From Anthoceros angustus (taxonomy: Eukaryota > Plantae > Anthocerotophyta), in contig VJWM01000118.1 in assembly GCA_010909165.1 (NCBI GenBank), positions 620,001-684,000 on the forward strand: a stretch of 64,000 bases of DNA. The letters are read 5' to 3'. The first letter of the stretch is position 1. Every line of letters begins with the position of its first letter. The notes under the pieces were generated by a model. That model was given only the letters and a program-made list of their open reading frames with translations, was not told the DNA's origin and did no database searches. Positions 12,365 to 23,072 of the stretch are shown one piece after another. Both the position numbers and the translations under genes were made by a program.

Positions 12365-12656
12365 GTTTTTAAAGTATCTTATAATCTATGACTGTGACCA
12401 ACTAAAATTTTCCTAAAGCATGAGAAGAAGATCTCATGTTGTGCCATTAATTGAAATAGTTATTTAGTATGATCTTATAATTTAATAAAATCTAGAAATT
12501 CAAAACTAGACCAAGAATCCATAAGTTTTACATGGTTAGAAGAATATTATCTTATTATAATTAAATATATAAAATATAGAAATGATAATAATATAATTAT
12601 TCTTGATTCTATTGTGAAAATAAGTATGACATCAATGAAAAGCTTTCCTATCTCAA

Positions 12657-13560
12657 TCAAAGGATCAAAGCTCTATCCTTGGAGTAGGCGATAAGCTCTT
12701 TGATCCTTGGAGTGTGTGATAAAAGTGTAGAGAACAAAAGAAGTCTATTTGAATAAGTAATAATGAGGCAAGGGTGCCTCACAAAATGTAGGAGGAGGTG
12801 GCCAGCCATCTTTAGCACTCTCCTCCCACAACAGCAAGTGCCCCTAGCAGACGGGATAATTTGGAAAGATGGGATTTGTGTGCAGGGATCAGCCTGATAT
12901 CCAACCAAGCCTGATCCCTGTGACTTAAAGCCAAGAGCTGCATAGTTTGTTAAAGCGACCTGTATCAACCAGCTCCTCTTCCTCACGTTGGTGTGAGTGG
13001 AAGCTGTCCTACCAGCTGATTGTCGACCCCGCTCGACACGTGCTTTCTTAATTGCTTCCACATCAGGTAAATCTGGTCTTTTGCTCTTATTACAGCCAGA
13101 ATGAGCTCTTACCAGTGGGTGTAGTTGTCTCACCCCCACAGCCTCCTACATATTCGGCTGCCCATGCATATAAGCTCGTTGGAAGGAGTGCTTGATTGAT
13201 TAGTAGTCTTGTCCGATATGTAAATGTGTGGGCTTTTGTCGCAAGCTGGGTAGCTGCATTCTCATGCACCCCTTCCTCCTTGTAGTCCATGTGGCTGCAG
13301 AATTCGAGCGAGGAACTCTTGCTAATAGCCCATCTGTGTATATCACTAGGGATTACAAGCTTACGTATTACGGATGTGTTTTGCAAAGTGATGGAAGGGT
13401 CTTGAGGAAGCTTGGCCGATGTGGTTTGGTTAGGCCGTGTTGAATTTGAGTGATGTATGAGTGAAGGGCATTGTGTACTTTGCCCTTTGAGTTAAGGGCA
13501 TCTCATCGTAACCAACCAGGTTGGAAAAATGGTTTCACAAGGATATTGTGGTGTTCGGTA
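12657..13560 (-). mobile_element. Possible degenerate LINE (L1-like) ORF2 3' remnant
   Basis: Fragments such as TRLLINQALLPTSLY resemble the post-RT GRxxLINxVLxxxxxY motif of plant L1 elements. Broken frames. Confidence 0.3.
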
Positions 13561-13752
13561 ATACACAACCTATGGATTCAGCGATTCAGCGGTTGCTCCC
13601 AAAGGTGAGTGATCCTTGCGTAGAGGGCAGAGCACCTTGAATCTACCGCTACCAGGACTATGAAGCTACGAAATCGTGATCGACGGACAAAACAAGTTTT
13701 CCCACATGGTGGCCTGCCTGCGTGAAGAGGCAGGAGGAATCCGGACTCCCTC

Positions 13753-14811
13753 TCAGCCCGCCATCCTGTAGAACTCCGATGACTCCACGTTGGTACAGGC
13801 GGAAGAAGCAGGGAAGAAATTATAGAGAGTCGGGAGCACAATCGGCACATGGGCCCCGAACAGAGACGGCAGGTTGAAGCTCTTGGTAGCCTCGTAGCAG
13901 AGGCGCAGAGAGGGCATCACATCGGTGGCCTCGCAGGAGCTGATGAAGCGCCTCAAGAGGGGCACCACATACACCGTGTCCAGGAACCTGTCGTGCGGCC
14001 GCTCCCTCTCGAAGCACTGCTGCAGGTAGCGCATGTACGTCCCCGGCTGCAGCTTGGCGGGGTATGGCCGCCCCCTGGTCCCGTCCGCCCGCAGATGCCC
14101 CATGAACATCCCCCGGATCTTCTCGAACTCCGCGTACCCGACCTGCGCCTGCGCGCACCCGGGCTCGAACAGCCCCGCATCCCGCTCCTCCGTAGCCGCG
14201 CTTCGGCTCGTTCCGGGGGCCTGAAGATTGGGCACCAGGAAGACTGTCCCTGCCGGAACCCCGACTGCCCGGCTCGCTGTCGCCCCGTCGGAGAAGACGA
14301 GCGTCGCCGGAGTCGGCGTCCGCAGCCAGCTGTGGGCTCGGAGCGCCGTGTTGGCCGATGCCCATTCCCATCTCGCCGCCTGCTGCTGCTGTTGCCGCCC
14401 CGCCGCCGCCCGCATGAAGCTCTCCAGGGATGGAGCCGCCTCCGCGTCCGCCTCCCGGGCTGGGAGCCGCAGCTTGCTGGTGGCCTCCTCGTCCCCGCTC
14501 GCCCCGGCAGGTCGCCCCCGCTTCAAACCCTGTTTCGGAGGCGGCTGGTAGTCCCCGGTCCCTGATGATTCCTTCCTCTTGGCCGTCGTCAGCAGCAGCT
14601 CCATCTCCACCTTGGGCCGCGCCATCTCTCTCAGCCTCACCTCCTCCGCGCTCTCCAAGCCGCCCTCAATCGCGGCTTCCGCGGAGCGGCTGGGGGAAGA
14701 ATGGAACGCGGAGGCCACCAGAGCCCGCGCCTTCAAGCTCCGGGAAGGAGGTGGTACATTCCGAATCTGACACCCAGATTTGCTTCTTCCTGCCGCGCAG
14801 CCTGTTCGCAC
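13753..14811 (-). CDS. GC-rich orphan ORF (352 aa), unknown function
   Basis: Long uninterrupted high-GC ORF with a low-complexity N-half (KRGRP, poly-Q) and a globular-looking C-half (YAEFEKIRGMFMGHL...RFLDTVYVVPLLRRF). No domain recognised. Confidence 0.55.
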   Translation of the reverse strand: MRTGCAAGRSKSGCQIRNVPPPSRSLKARALVASAFHSSPSRSAEAAIEGGLESAEEVRLREMARPKVEMELLLTTAKRKESSGTGDYQPPPKQGLKRGRPAGASGDEEATSKLRLPAREADAEAAPSLESFMRAAAGRQQQQQAARWEWASANTALRAHSWLRTPTPATLVFSDGATASRAVGVPAGTVFLVPNLQAPGTSRSAATEERDAGLFEPGCAQAQVGYAEFEKIRGMFMGHLRADGTRGRPYPAKLQPGTYMRYLQQCFERERPHDRFLDTVYVVPLLRRFISSCEATDVMPSLRLCYEATKSFNLPSLFGAHVPIVLPTLYNFFPASSACTNVESSEFYRMAG

Positions 14812-15086
14812 GGACGTCCCACGTCATACGTGATACAGACCTGTCTGAGGTACCCGGTACCGGGATTCTGCATCCTTGTACGCCGGGGGTCGTGAAGGGC
14901 ACGAGGGCGGGAACATCGAAGTTGACTGCGGTGCAACGGACAGCAGAGGAAGGAGGACGGAGAACTTGCCTCCATCAAGTCGAAAGCTTTGCGTGAAGCG
15001 AAGGACAGTCTGTGTCTGGCATTCCCTTACCAGTTTCTGAAGGCGTTCCGTTCTGCTCCGCAACTGCACAGTCGGACAGAGATGAA

Positions 15087-15159
15087 TGTCTGAGCCCAGG
15101 CTCGAACCACGGACCTCTGAGCGGGAGACCAGCGTGATGACCAACTGCACCATCCAGGC
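15087..15159 (-). pseudogene. tRNA-Val-derived pseudogene or Pol III box element
   Basis: GCCTGGATGGTGCAGTTGGTCATCACGCTGGTCTCCCGCTCAGAGGTCCGTGGTTCGAGCCTGGGCTCAGACA. A box and B box retained; anticodon arm altered and acceptor stem mismatched. Confidence 0.75.
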
Positions 15160-16549
15160 TTCGACAGAGTACATACCTGACTATGTACCTGTATGCGTGT
15201 TTGTACGTCGACGTTGCAGGGCGGCGCTGGCTTCCATCACGTCTCCGATTTGGAGCTCTCATCAAGGGGACTGCGTCGAGGAAGCTCGGGGCGGGAGGCC
15301 GAGCGACCCAGAACTTGATGAAGGGGCCTGACGAGTCTGTTGGGGCTCTGGCAGGCCTGGTGATGCGGCGTTCAAGAACTGGCAGAGGGAGTTAATCGGG
15401 TCGTGAGCAGAGGGTGGATTAGGAAACAGGAAGTACTGCAATAACTGAAAACTGCCAGGCGTCGTGTCACCGATGGGCGGTTGCTTCCAGGCTTGAACTC
15501 CTGAGTCATCACAGGCTGGAGTTGTTGTTGGTGTCAGGGAAGGGGCCAGCCCGAATTTGCCGTTTAGGGAGGGCAGTGATGGGGTTGTGGGGAGGAGACA
15601 CGGGCGTTGCACGGGTGGCGGTTTCCTCCTCCTCTGCCGCTTGACCCGGACGACTGCCATCTGCACGGAGCGGAAGCCAGGAGGCACGACCGGTGTCTGC
15701 ACGCAGGTTATGACTGTCCTGCATGCAGAGGAACAGGGTTCGATTAGGTCCGAGCTTCGGACAGCAAGAGTCACAGAAGTGTCACGCAGCCGAACGTACC
15801 AGCACTTGCGTCTATGAGACATCATCAATGTATGACCCGCTGCCAGCCCGCCAGCCTGCCAGTTCCTGCTCAATGAGCAGACTGCAGGCAGCAGGCAGCA
15901 GGCAGGGCGGTTTTGCTGATGAAGAACCGCAGACATCACATCATGTCTCTCTCTGCCTGTCTGTTTGTGGACAGATGTCCATATGATAGTTACCACTTGA
16001 GGAAATCAGGAGGCTGTCTTACAGCGGAGTGGACAAACCCAGTTTTGAACCAGTTGACCTAATTTGAACACCTTCGATGAAGACAATGGATGTCCTCTCC
16101 AGGCGTGCTCATCACCAGATCATACAGAAAGCAAATTAGTAGTGTTTACAGAAGCAGAACTGCAACGGCATATGTATGTAGGCCACAGACTGACGTTTTG
16201 AGGTGACATGAGAACTCTGCACTGTTCTCACCTTTGAGTGATCTTACATCTATATGTCTGAAGAGCCTTACATGTCTTTGAATGTTGCACATGCTATCTG
16301 TGGACGTCCAGGCTGATTAAGGATCATCTTGGAGCATGCTCGCAAGCTCTGACACGGTTTTGTCCTCTTCTCTTATCGGTTTCATGGATGGCTAAAATTC
16401 TGAGCTTTTTTTAACAAAGACCTGACAACAATGGCACTCCATAGCTGCACATAGAGGTGAGAGGGGAGTGAATATATGTATCGGCTTGCGCAAAACAGAC
16501 TTATCCCCAGAGCTTGGCCTGGCAGAATCCCTGGGACAGAAGTTTACAC

Positions 16550-17116
16550 CTAGCTACTCAGATGACTGAAGATAATAGGTCTGCACAGTCTACTGAATCT
16601 GTGTACCGGAAGCAAACCATACGTAGGCTTTGCTTGAGGAGTAAAACAACATTCCACTCCCCGAATCATCATTTGCACTTGACCATTAGCAGGCCTCTTG
16701 CTTGGTGCAGTTGTGTCATTTATCCCAAGCCCCTTCTTGGTGGTCAACCAAGGATTGTCGACGTCCTTAGAAAACACAAGGTACAGAAGCCCCATCCAGT
16801 CACGTCCCCGATGCCAGACTTTATCCACCCGCTTGAACGGTGTGGAGGTCAGCTCTGTCAAACAATCCACAATTTCAAACACAGTTCTAATCCTCCATTG
16901 AGACACTTCAAATTTTGGTTCCTCTAGGACTGTTTTGCTCCACATACAGGTTGAAGGCCAGTCAAACCCCAGCCATACCAGAAAAGTGTTGCCAGGAATC
17001 GAATATGCGCAACAATGTAAGAACCGTCCAATCTGGAAATGCCTTATCACTGAAGCCGGACCTAATTGGACTAGGTAGTATCGATCAAGTCCCCTCGGTG
17101 CGGCGGTGGGACTCAC
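16550..17116 (-). pseudogene. Unknown repeated ORF; disrupted copies at ~23880-24600 and ~31400-32150
   Basis: 188 aa frame (LVWLGFDWPSTCMWS...VWHRGRDWMGLLYLVFSKDV) whose DNA recurs twice with indels and stops. Confidence 0.35.
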
Positions 17117-17692
17117 TCCAGCTGCATTATTGGAGATGGCTAACTGATGTGCAATTTCGAATTAGAGCTGCGTAGAGTGCAATCTACTGAATGTCAGCAG
17201 CACGGAGCTCCACTGAGCACCTCAATTGCATTGAGCATTCCTGCATTGCAAATTGCGAGAAATATGTGCTGGATTGTGCCTCACACTGTTAAATCACTTC
17301 AGGTAATGACTTGATTGAAAGTGCTTGCTTTGGATGGTGAGTTTGCAACCCCAGTTTGCCATAGCTGTGGTGAGCACAAGAGATTCAGAGAAATCTGTGG
17401 ATTCTTTTTCCCCGGAGAACATGCTGCACATAAGCTTTGCGTCCCAATCACATCAAGTGGCGGTGAAGATTGCCGCATGCTTGGAGCTCAGATCCAGGCC
17501 CCTGAGATGGGGCCGCAGAGCTGCACATCTCTGCGCGGGGTGTGTGCGGGGAGCTGCAGATGTCTGCGCAAGAAGGCCCCTTGCTCAATAACGGCACGCA
17601 CAAGTCAAGGGACGGTCCAAAGCCGGAGGAAACGGAGGGAATTGTTCGCAATGTTGATCTATAAAGGGCTATAGTAGAAGCACGCTTACCAG

Positions 17693-18120
17693 GTCTGGAT
17701 GGTGGAGTTAGTTACCACCCCAGGCATTCAATCCACGGAGCCCCCGATCGAATCCGGGTTCAGACAACTTGTGAATGGAGTCCTGCCTGCTTTGAACTGC
17801 GCACCGACTTTTTCCCATCAGTCATCTGTTCACACATGTCCACGGTAGCTGACATTTTCTCATGCCGACTTCCTACTCATGTGTTCATACATTTTCCCAT
17901 GGTGGCTGACATTTTCCCATCGTGACTTCCTACTGGATTGTTCATACATTTTCCCATGGTGGTTTCCTCCTGAAGGGTGGCTTCATACGTATATATATCA
18001 CAGAAGGATGTCTTCCAGGGCCTGGTAGAAACCCAGGTAGACCGAACAGCCAATGCCTGTCGTGCGGTCGTCCAGGAGTGGACTATGATAGGCCACCTTC
18101 TTCTTCTTCTTCTCACTCGT
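17693..18120 (+). mobile_element. tRNA-headed, SINE-like element with tandem-repeat body, copy 2
   Basis: Head GTCTGGATGGTGGAGTTAG...CGAATCCGGGTTCAGACA (17693-17766), TATAAA about 30 nt upstream, T5 at ~17809, then CATTTTCCCATGGTGG repeats. Confidence 0.55.
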
Positions 18121-18319
18121 ACTCAGCGGTTTCCATACCGTGAAAGAGAGACTGGAGAAGAAGAAGAAGAAAAGAACAGATTATAGTCCACTTGGAGAAA
18201 CGTCGGGCTTGGGCCGGGCCAAGTAAATATGGATGGTCGTTTCAGGTCAGGGAGTGAGTGGTTTGTTAAACAACTTCAAATTATTGTTTATTTTTGAATA
18301 TGGAAACTCGTTAGACATC

Positions 18320-18393
18320 GTCTGGATGGTGTAGTTGGTCATCACGCTAGTCTCACACACTAGAGCTCCCCAGTTGAAACCTGGGTTCAGACA
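18320..18393 (+). tRNA. tRNA-Val(CAC), near-intact but probably a pseudogene (T-loop TTGAAAC)
   Basis: Full cloverleaf: acceptor GTCTGGA/TTCAGAC, anticodon stem CTAGT/ACTAG with loop CT-CAC-AC, T stem CCCAG/CTGGG. The invariant TTC is changed to TTG and there is no adjacent poly-T. Confidence 0.8.
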
Positions 18394-18729
18394 TCACGCC
18401 GTACAGTTCGATTGCAGATGGGGGAGTTTTGCAGCCTTGTGCAAATGGACGATGTGCTCTGTACAGCAGCGCAGGATGCTTAATAACGGCGTTCTTATAC
18501 ATGTGTGTCCATGTTGCCTAAGCCATTTGGACACATCCTGCTGATGAACCCTCTCGAAAGCCTGCGCATTCGCAAGCCTGTCCCCTTTCGCAAGCCTGTT
18601 GCGCAAGTCTGGTGCACAAGTAGTCCTTTCGCAAGTAGCCTAGGCACAGCGTGGTACAAGTTTTGAAGTACAAGTCCCATGACATAAGAATTCCGTCCAA
18701 GTGGAGTATAATACATTCTTTTATCCTGT

Positions 18730-19260
18730 AGCCAGCGGTTTGAAAACGTGTATGCTAAACGCGGCAACTTTGAGGAGGCTAGCAGGGTAGTTTGGGTTCA
18801 TCACGATGATGTGCTTGTAGCCAGCAGTTTGAAAACGTGTATGCTAAACGCAGCAACTTTGAGGAGGCTAGCAGGGTGGTTTGAGGGTGTTGATCACAGA
18901 GAAGTGGCGACGTGGCCTGCTCTAATTTCAGCATACTTCCTAGCAAGGCAGGGGCCAGGGTAGCCTTCCTGTATGCCATGCAAGAAGTAGGTATCGCTGT
19001 ACCCAGTTCCGTTCGTGACATGATTGTGCCTCCTGCAAGCAGCCATGTGCCAATTGTGGGCAGCTAAGCTTTGGAGAAGGGCAAGCAGCTTCAAGCACGA
19101 TTTAGACAACAAAAACATCAAAGAGAACTGTTAAAAGCCAGCAGTTTGGTGGACATGTATGCAAAGTTGGCAGCCTGGAGGACAGCCGGAAAGTGATTGA
19201 CGAAGTCGATCGGAATGATGGGGTGACATGGAGTGTCCTAATTGCAGGGTTCCGGTAGTG
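18730..19260 (+). pseudogene. PLS-class PPR remnant
   Basis: YAKRGNFEEASRV, WFEGVDHREVATWPALISAY and SSLVDMYAK-like pieces in broken frames. Confidence 0.65.
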
Positions 19261-19963
19261 TGCGTACTGGGTTTCGCATGGCACGATGGAACCGACAATG
19301 TGTGTCTTGCAGCCCTCACAATTCCCAAAATGCACACCATGAGCCAGAACAGCATTATTGTGCGGGGGAGAGAGTCCGCAGCTTATAAGCCTGTGGAATC
19401 GAAATGAAAGAGCTTTGAATTATTACCTCGCCGTGCGTCCCTCATTACTTGTGAGGAACAACAATTCAATCCTGAGCAAATCCCCTGTTGTTCTGAATAA
19501 CTACTCAAGCAACGAATCGCTCTCGACGCAGTGCTCTCTCGCACAAAAACCACGAGGTACCCGGGTCTCTGCCACCTTGCAGGCACCCATCCCCTTGAAA
19601 GCCAGACTTTCACAGAACAGCTCTAAATATCCTACTTCTGGAAAATGTTTTTTCGATGATTCCTGTGCTATTCAACACCCGGAAAAATCCCTCTGTCTAC
19701 CTGACGGTGGTTGCCTGTAAGACCTCAGTTTCCTCCTCCTGTGGTCCTCGTTATGTCCTTGTGCATTACCGGAAATACAAATTCTCACCAGAAATGTATC
19801 TTGCCGCCAAAAACGTCCTACGTGTCAAGCTTGAAAAACTGTCACAGCGGACACTTCGGACAATTGTCAATCCTACTGGAAGTTAGTCCTCTCTACAACG
19901 CAACAAACAAAAAGACGTGAGCCCACCAAGCTTGCTGCATGTCACAGGAGAGGGGACTTGAAC

Positions 19964-21652
19964 TCAGAGCCTCAAATTCGGCATCGGTTGGAAAACTTCC
20001 TCAGGTTGAGCCATAATCTTGGGAACCTTTCGCCAACGACGTCGAAGCATGTCGTAGGCAACAGGACAATCCAGGTTTTCGTGGCCACCACGACCACACT
20101 CCAACTGATAGAAGAAAACCACGAGGTCCCCAGAAACGTGCACACCATTCAAAATGAAAGACCGGCCCAAGGGCCAAGGATCGCCGGGTAGCATTATGTG
20201 CTGCGGGCACCTCGCCGCAGTCTCCACCCACAGCTGCCTGTCGTCGTCCAACATCCAAATAGCACCGCAGCAACACAAGAGCCTTCCACGGTGCCCTGCC
20301 AGAAAAAACTCGCTCTTCCAAGGGGCCCTCTTATAGTCCGGCAATGCCACAGGCTTCTCGAAGGGGGGCAATTCCAGATTCCACAGGTAACGAGGACCCG
20401 TCTTCGTGCTAAGCCGCACCAGCCGCGGGGGAGTGCTGTCCACCGTGGTGTACAAGTCTCCATTGCAGCCCCAAACCCGCGGCTCACCTTTCCCCCCCAC
20501 AGGGCCGAAGAATCCCTTCCACTCACCACTGATGCTGCTGCAGATGGCAACGTCATCACGCACTCGATTGATGAACCTGTTAGCCCCAGCTGGTCCAACA
20601 CCTGAGACATGAACCTTGAAGCTGAGAGTGCTTTGTGTTGCAGTGACCGCTTCCGTCACCAGGACCACTGCAGAGCCCCAAAGGTTGTGAAGCAAAGGCA
20701 AAACTTTGAAGCTCTGGTTCACCGGATTGAAGACACACACAAGCATTCCCTCGTCCACGAGACGGCTGATGCACATGAGCCCACAGGCATGTGCGCAGTT
20801 GTGAAATACCGAGTCCAAAGAAAAGAACACCTGTGGTAAGAAGGACAGATCCACCTTCAAGGCCTTACACCGAGACCCACTTTGTGGCTCCTTCTCCAAG
20901 AATGGCTTGTACCCGGATGCAGGGCAATACCTAATGGCACACAGAGGAGGCGTCGTCCGCGAAAGTGCCTGCAGAAAAGTCCGCCGGAGAAACTCTGGAT
21001 CGGTGAGCTTGGCAAGCCAGGCCTTGCGCACACTTCGGCAGCGGGCCTGCGCTGCCGCCGGCAACCTTAGAAGCACTTCTTCAATTTCATCCCTCGTCAA
21101 CGTCGGAAGCACCAAATTGCTTGGAAGCACCACAGTGCTGGCTGCGCTGGGAGATCTAGAGCCGTAGTCATCAAGCCCTTCCCCAATCACGTAGAGCATC
21201 ACATAGGGATCCAACTTGTTAGACAGGATGCCAGGTCCCGTCGACGTCGGTGCAGCAGGGAACCCCTGGCTGGAGATGGGGAACTCCACATTCGCCACAT
21301 CGTCCTCGAAGGGGATCCTCCTCTCTTCATAGCTTCCCAACTGGATCAAAATCTGTCCATGGCGTACCCGCACGTCGTCATCGCTTTCGTCCATGTCTTC
21401 ATGGTTTTCCCACCTCTCGTCGTCACTGGAGTCATCATCGTCGTCGCGCTCCTCTTCATCGCTGATTCCCGACCTGTTGTCATCGCCGGAATCATCGTCT
21501 TCCATGTCGTCGGCTCTCATGTCCTCCACGTCCTCATCGCCGCCGTGTTGGGGCCCGACATGCCCCATGTATGCTGCCGCAAAATCCTTACACCCTCGGC
21601 CTACAGGCTGGCTACAGGGTATGCGCAAGCCTTGTGTGAGAGACGATGGCAA
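19964..21652 (-). CDS. Intronless F-box protein with acidic N-terminal tract and F-box-associated-like C-terminal region
   Basis: LPTLTRDEIEEVLLRLPAAAQARCRSVRKAW...DPEF F-box, then ACGLMC...VFNPVNQSFKVLP and VAYDMLRRRW. 562 aa open frame. Confidence 0.85.
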   Translation of the reverse strand: MPSSLTQGLRIPCSQPVGRGCKDFAAAYMGHVGPQHGGDEDVEDMRADDMEDDDSGDDNRSGISDEEERDDDDDSSDDERWENHEDMDESDDDVRVRHGQILIQLGSYEERRIPFEDDVANVEFPISSQGFPAAPTSTGPGILSNKLDPYVMLYVIGEGLDDYGSRSPSAASTVVLPSNLVLPTLTRDEIEEVLLRLPAAAQARCRSVRKAWLAKLTDPEFLRRTFLQALSRTTPPLCAIRYCPASGYKPFLEKEPQSGSRCKALKVDLSFLPQVFFSLDSVFHNCAHACGLMCISRLVDEGMLVCVFNPVNQSFKVLPLLHNLWGSAVVLVTEAVTATQSTLSFKVHVSGVGPAGANRFINRVRDDVAICSSISGEWKGFFGPVGGKGEPRVWGCNGDLYTTVDSTPPRLVRLSTKTGPRYLWNLELPPFEKPVALPDYKRAPWKSEFFLAGHRGRLLCCCGAIWMLDDDRQLWVETAARCPQHIMLPGDPWPLGRSFILNGVHVSGDLVVFFYQLECGRGGHENLDCPVAYDMLRRRWRKVPKIMAQPEEVFQPMPNLRL

Positions 21653-22969
21653 CCCGGCTGCTCCGATTTGTTAGGGCTAGGATGGCGAGTTGGTCTATGT
21701 GCATATATGTGCGTGAGACCGAGACCTGAGACCGAGACCCAGACCGAGACCGAGACCGATGGCCCCGCCCTGGACGACCTAACTCTCATTCATCGATTTC
21801 TAACCTTGTGGTCTCGTAAAAATTATAATCGGAGTGAGATTCACCACCTGCTGTATAGAAAGCCGTGTCTTTGGATGGAGAACTGGGAGAAGACCATGTG
21901 CCACAACGTTCTCCTCTGCCTCTGTGCTTCAAGACACGCAGGGATGGTTTCTTGATCATGAGAGCTGTACTATCAATGCATCACAGGAGCTAGACCTTTT
22001 GTCGCTCCAGCTAGCTGCGTTAAGCGAGGTGGAACTACTCAACCGAGCTAGCTGGCTGCGTCCACCAAGCCTGAGTTCCACCTCGCTGGACACAGAGCAA
22101 GGGGTGAAGCTTTTTGGATGTCCCTTTCGGCATGCCATAGCCATGGCCACATGTGTACAAGAGTATGGCAGATTTAGGAGAGACGGACTTCGACGCAGAG
22201 GGAAATGAAATTACCTTGACCTCATAGAAGCCCAAGGGAAGAATACTTCAAGTGACTTCCAGGTTAGATTGAAGCCATAGCCCCGTGATTGAACAATCCT
22301 GTCGATATTAAATGTTTGCAGCAATTTCTTAGTGTTGCAACAAGAATAATTTCCTTCATTGCAGCTTTGATTCGATTAGGCTCTTGCGGACAGCTAAGGA
22401 CATGAAGGTAGATATCTCTGTCAGCCTGCTGGGCGGTGGTGTGCAGCAGAATTTCTGACGTGCTATATAATCCCAGGAACTCGAATCCACTTTAGCATGC
22501 GGGGGCTATGGTGGATGAAGGCACGATCATCCTCTGCTGAGCCAAGCTAGACTGCTGCACAGACAGAGACTCAGGCCGCATCTGACTTTCGACATGTACA
22601 TGCACAGGGACCAGTAGTCTCTGAACCAATCCATGGCTCGGCTCCGGACATGGCTGGACAGATTAGTCAGCTTACTCTCCCTCGTCACTCTCTCACATCC
22701 CCTATCCTAGTGTTTTCACCTGTTAATGCTGGCCTGAGTTGATATGCAGGACAAAGCCAATCCCCTGGCCGATGTGTGAGCAAAAGCCTAAGACTGTGAG
22801 CAATTCTTTGTCGTCCCAGGGTAAGCAAAGTGTTAAATTTCTCTTGCTTTCAGGGCTGAGGATCACGACAGGAGTAGAGCAGCTGGAAGTCCGTTGAGCC
22901 GTGTCCACGCAGCGGTGTTCTAGTAAAACTCAATGTAACTTGACAAGGGCAACACTGGAGAATGCTTTT

Positions 22970-23072
22970 GTCTGGATGGTGTAGTTGGTCATGTTTTTGT
23001 CTGGATGGCGTTGTTGGTCATCACGCTAGTGTCACACACCAGAAACCCACAGTTCAAACCTGGGTTCAGACA
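22970..23072 (+). pseudogene. tRNA-Val(CAC)-derived sequence with duplicated 5' (A-box) segment
   Basis: GTCTGGATGGTGTAGTTGGTCAT at 22970, then a full degenerate copy at 22999-23072 with B box GTTCAAACC. Confidence 0.75.

Noticed and set aside
13820-14996. Several long overlapping ORFs (13849-14565 +, 13820-14371 -, 14430-14996 +)
   Set aside because: Shadow frames of a GC-rich coding region; only the 352 aa minus frame looks protein-like.
15262-15996. 244 aa minus-strand ORF, Pro-rich
   Set aside because: No ATG at its start and no recognisable motif. It could be an exon, but the sequence does not support a call.
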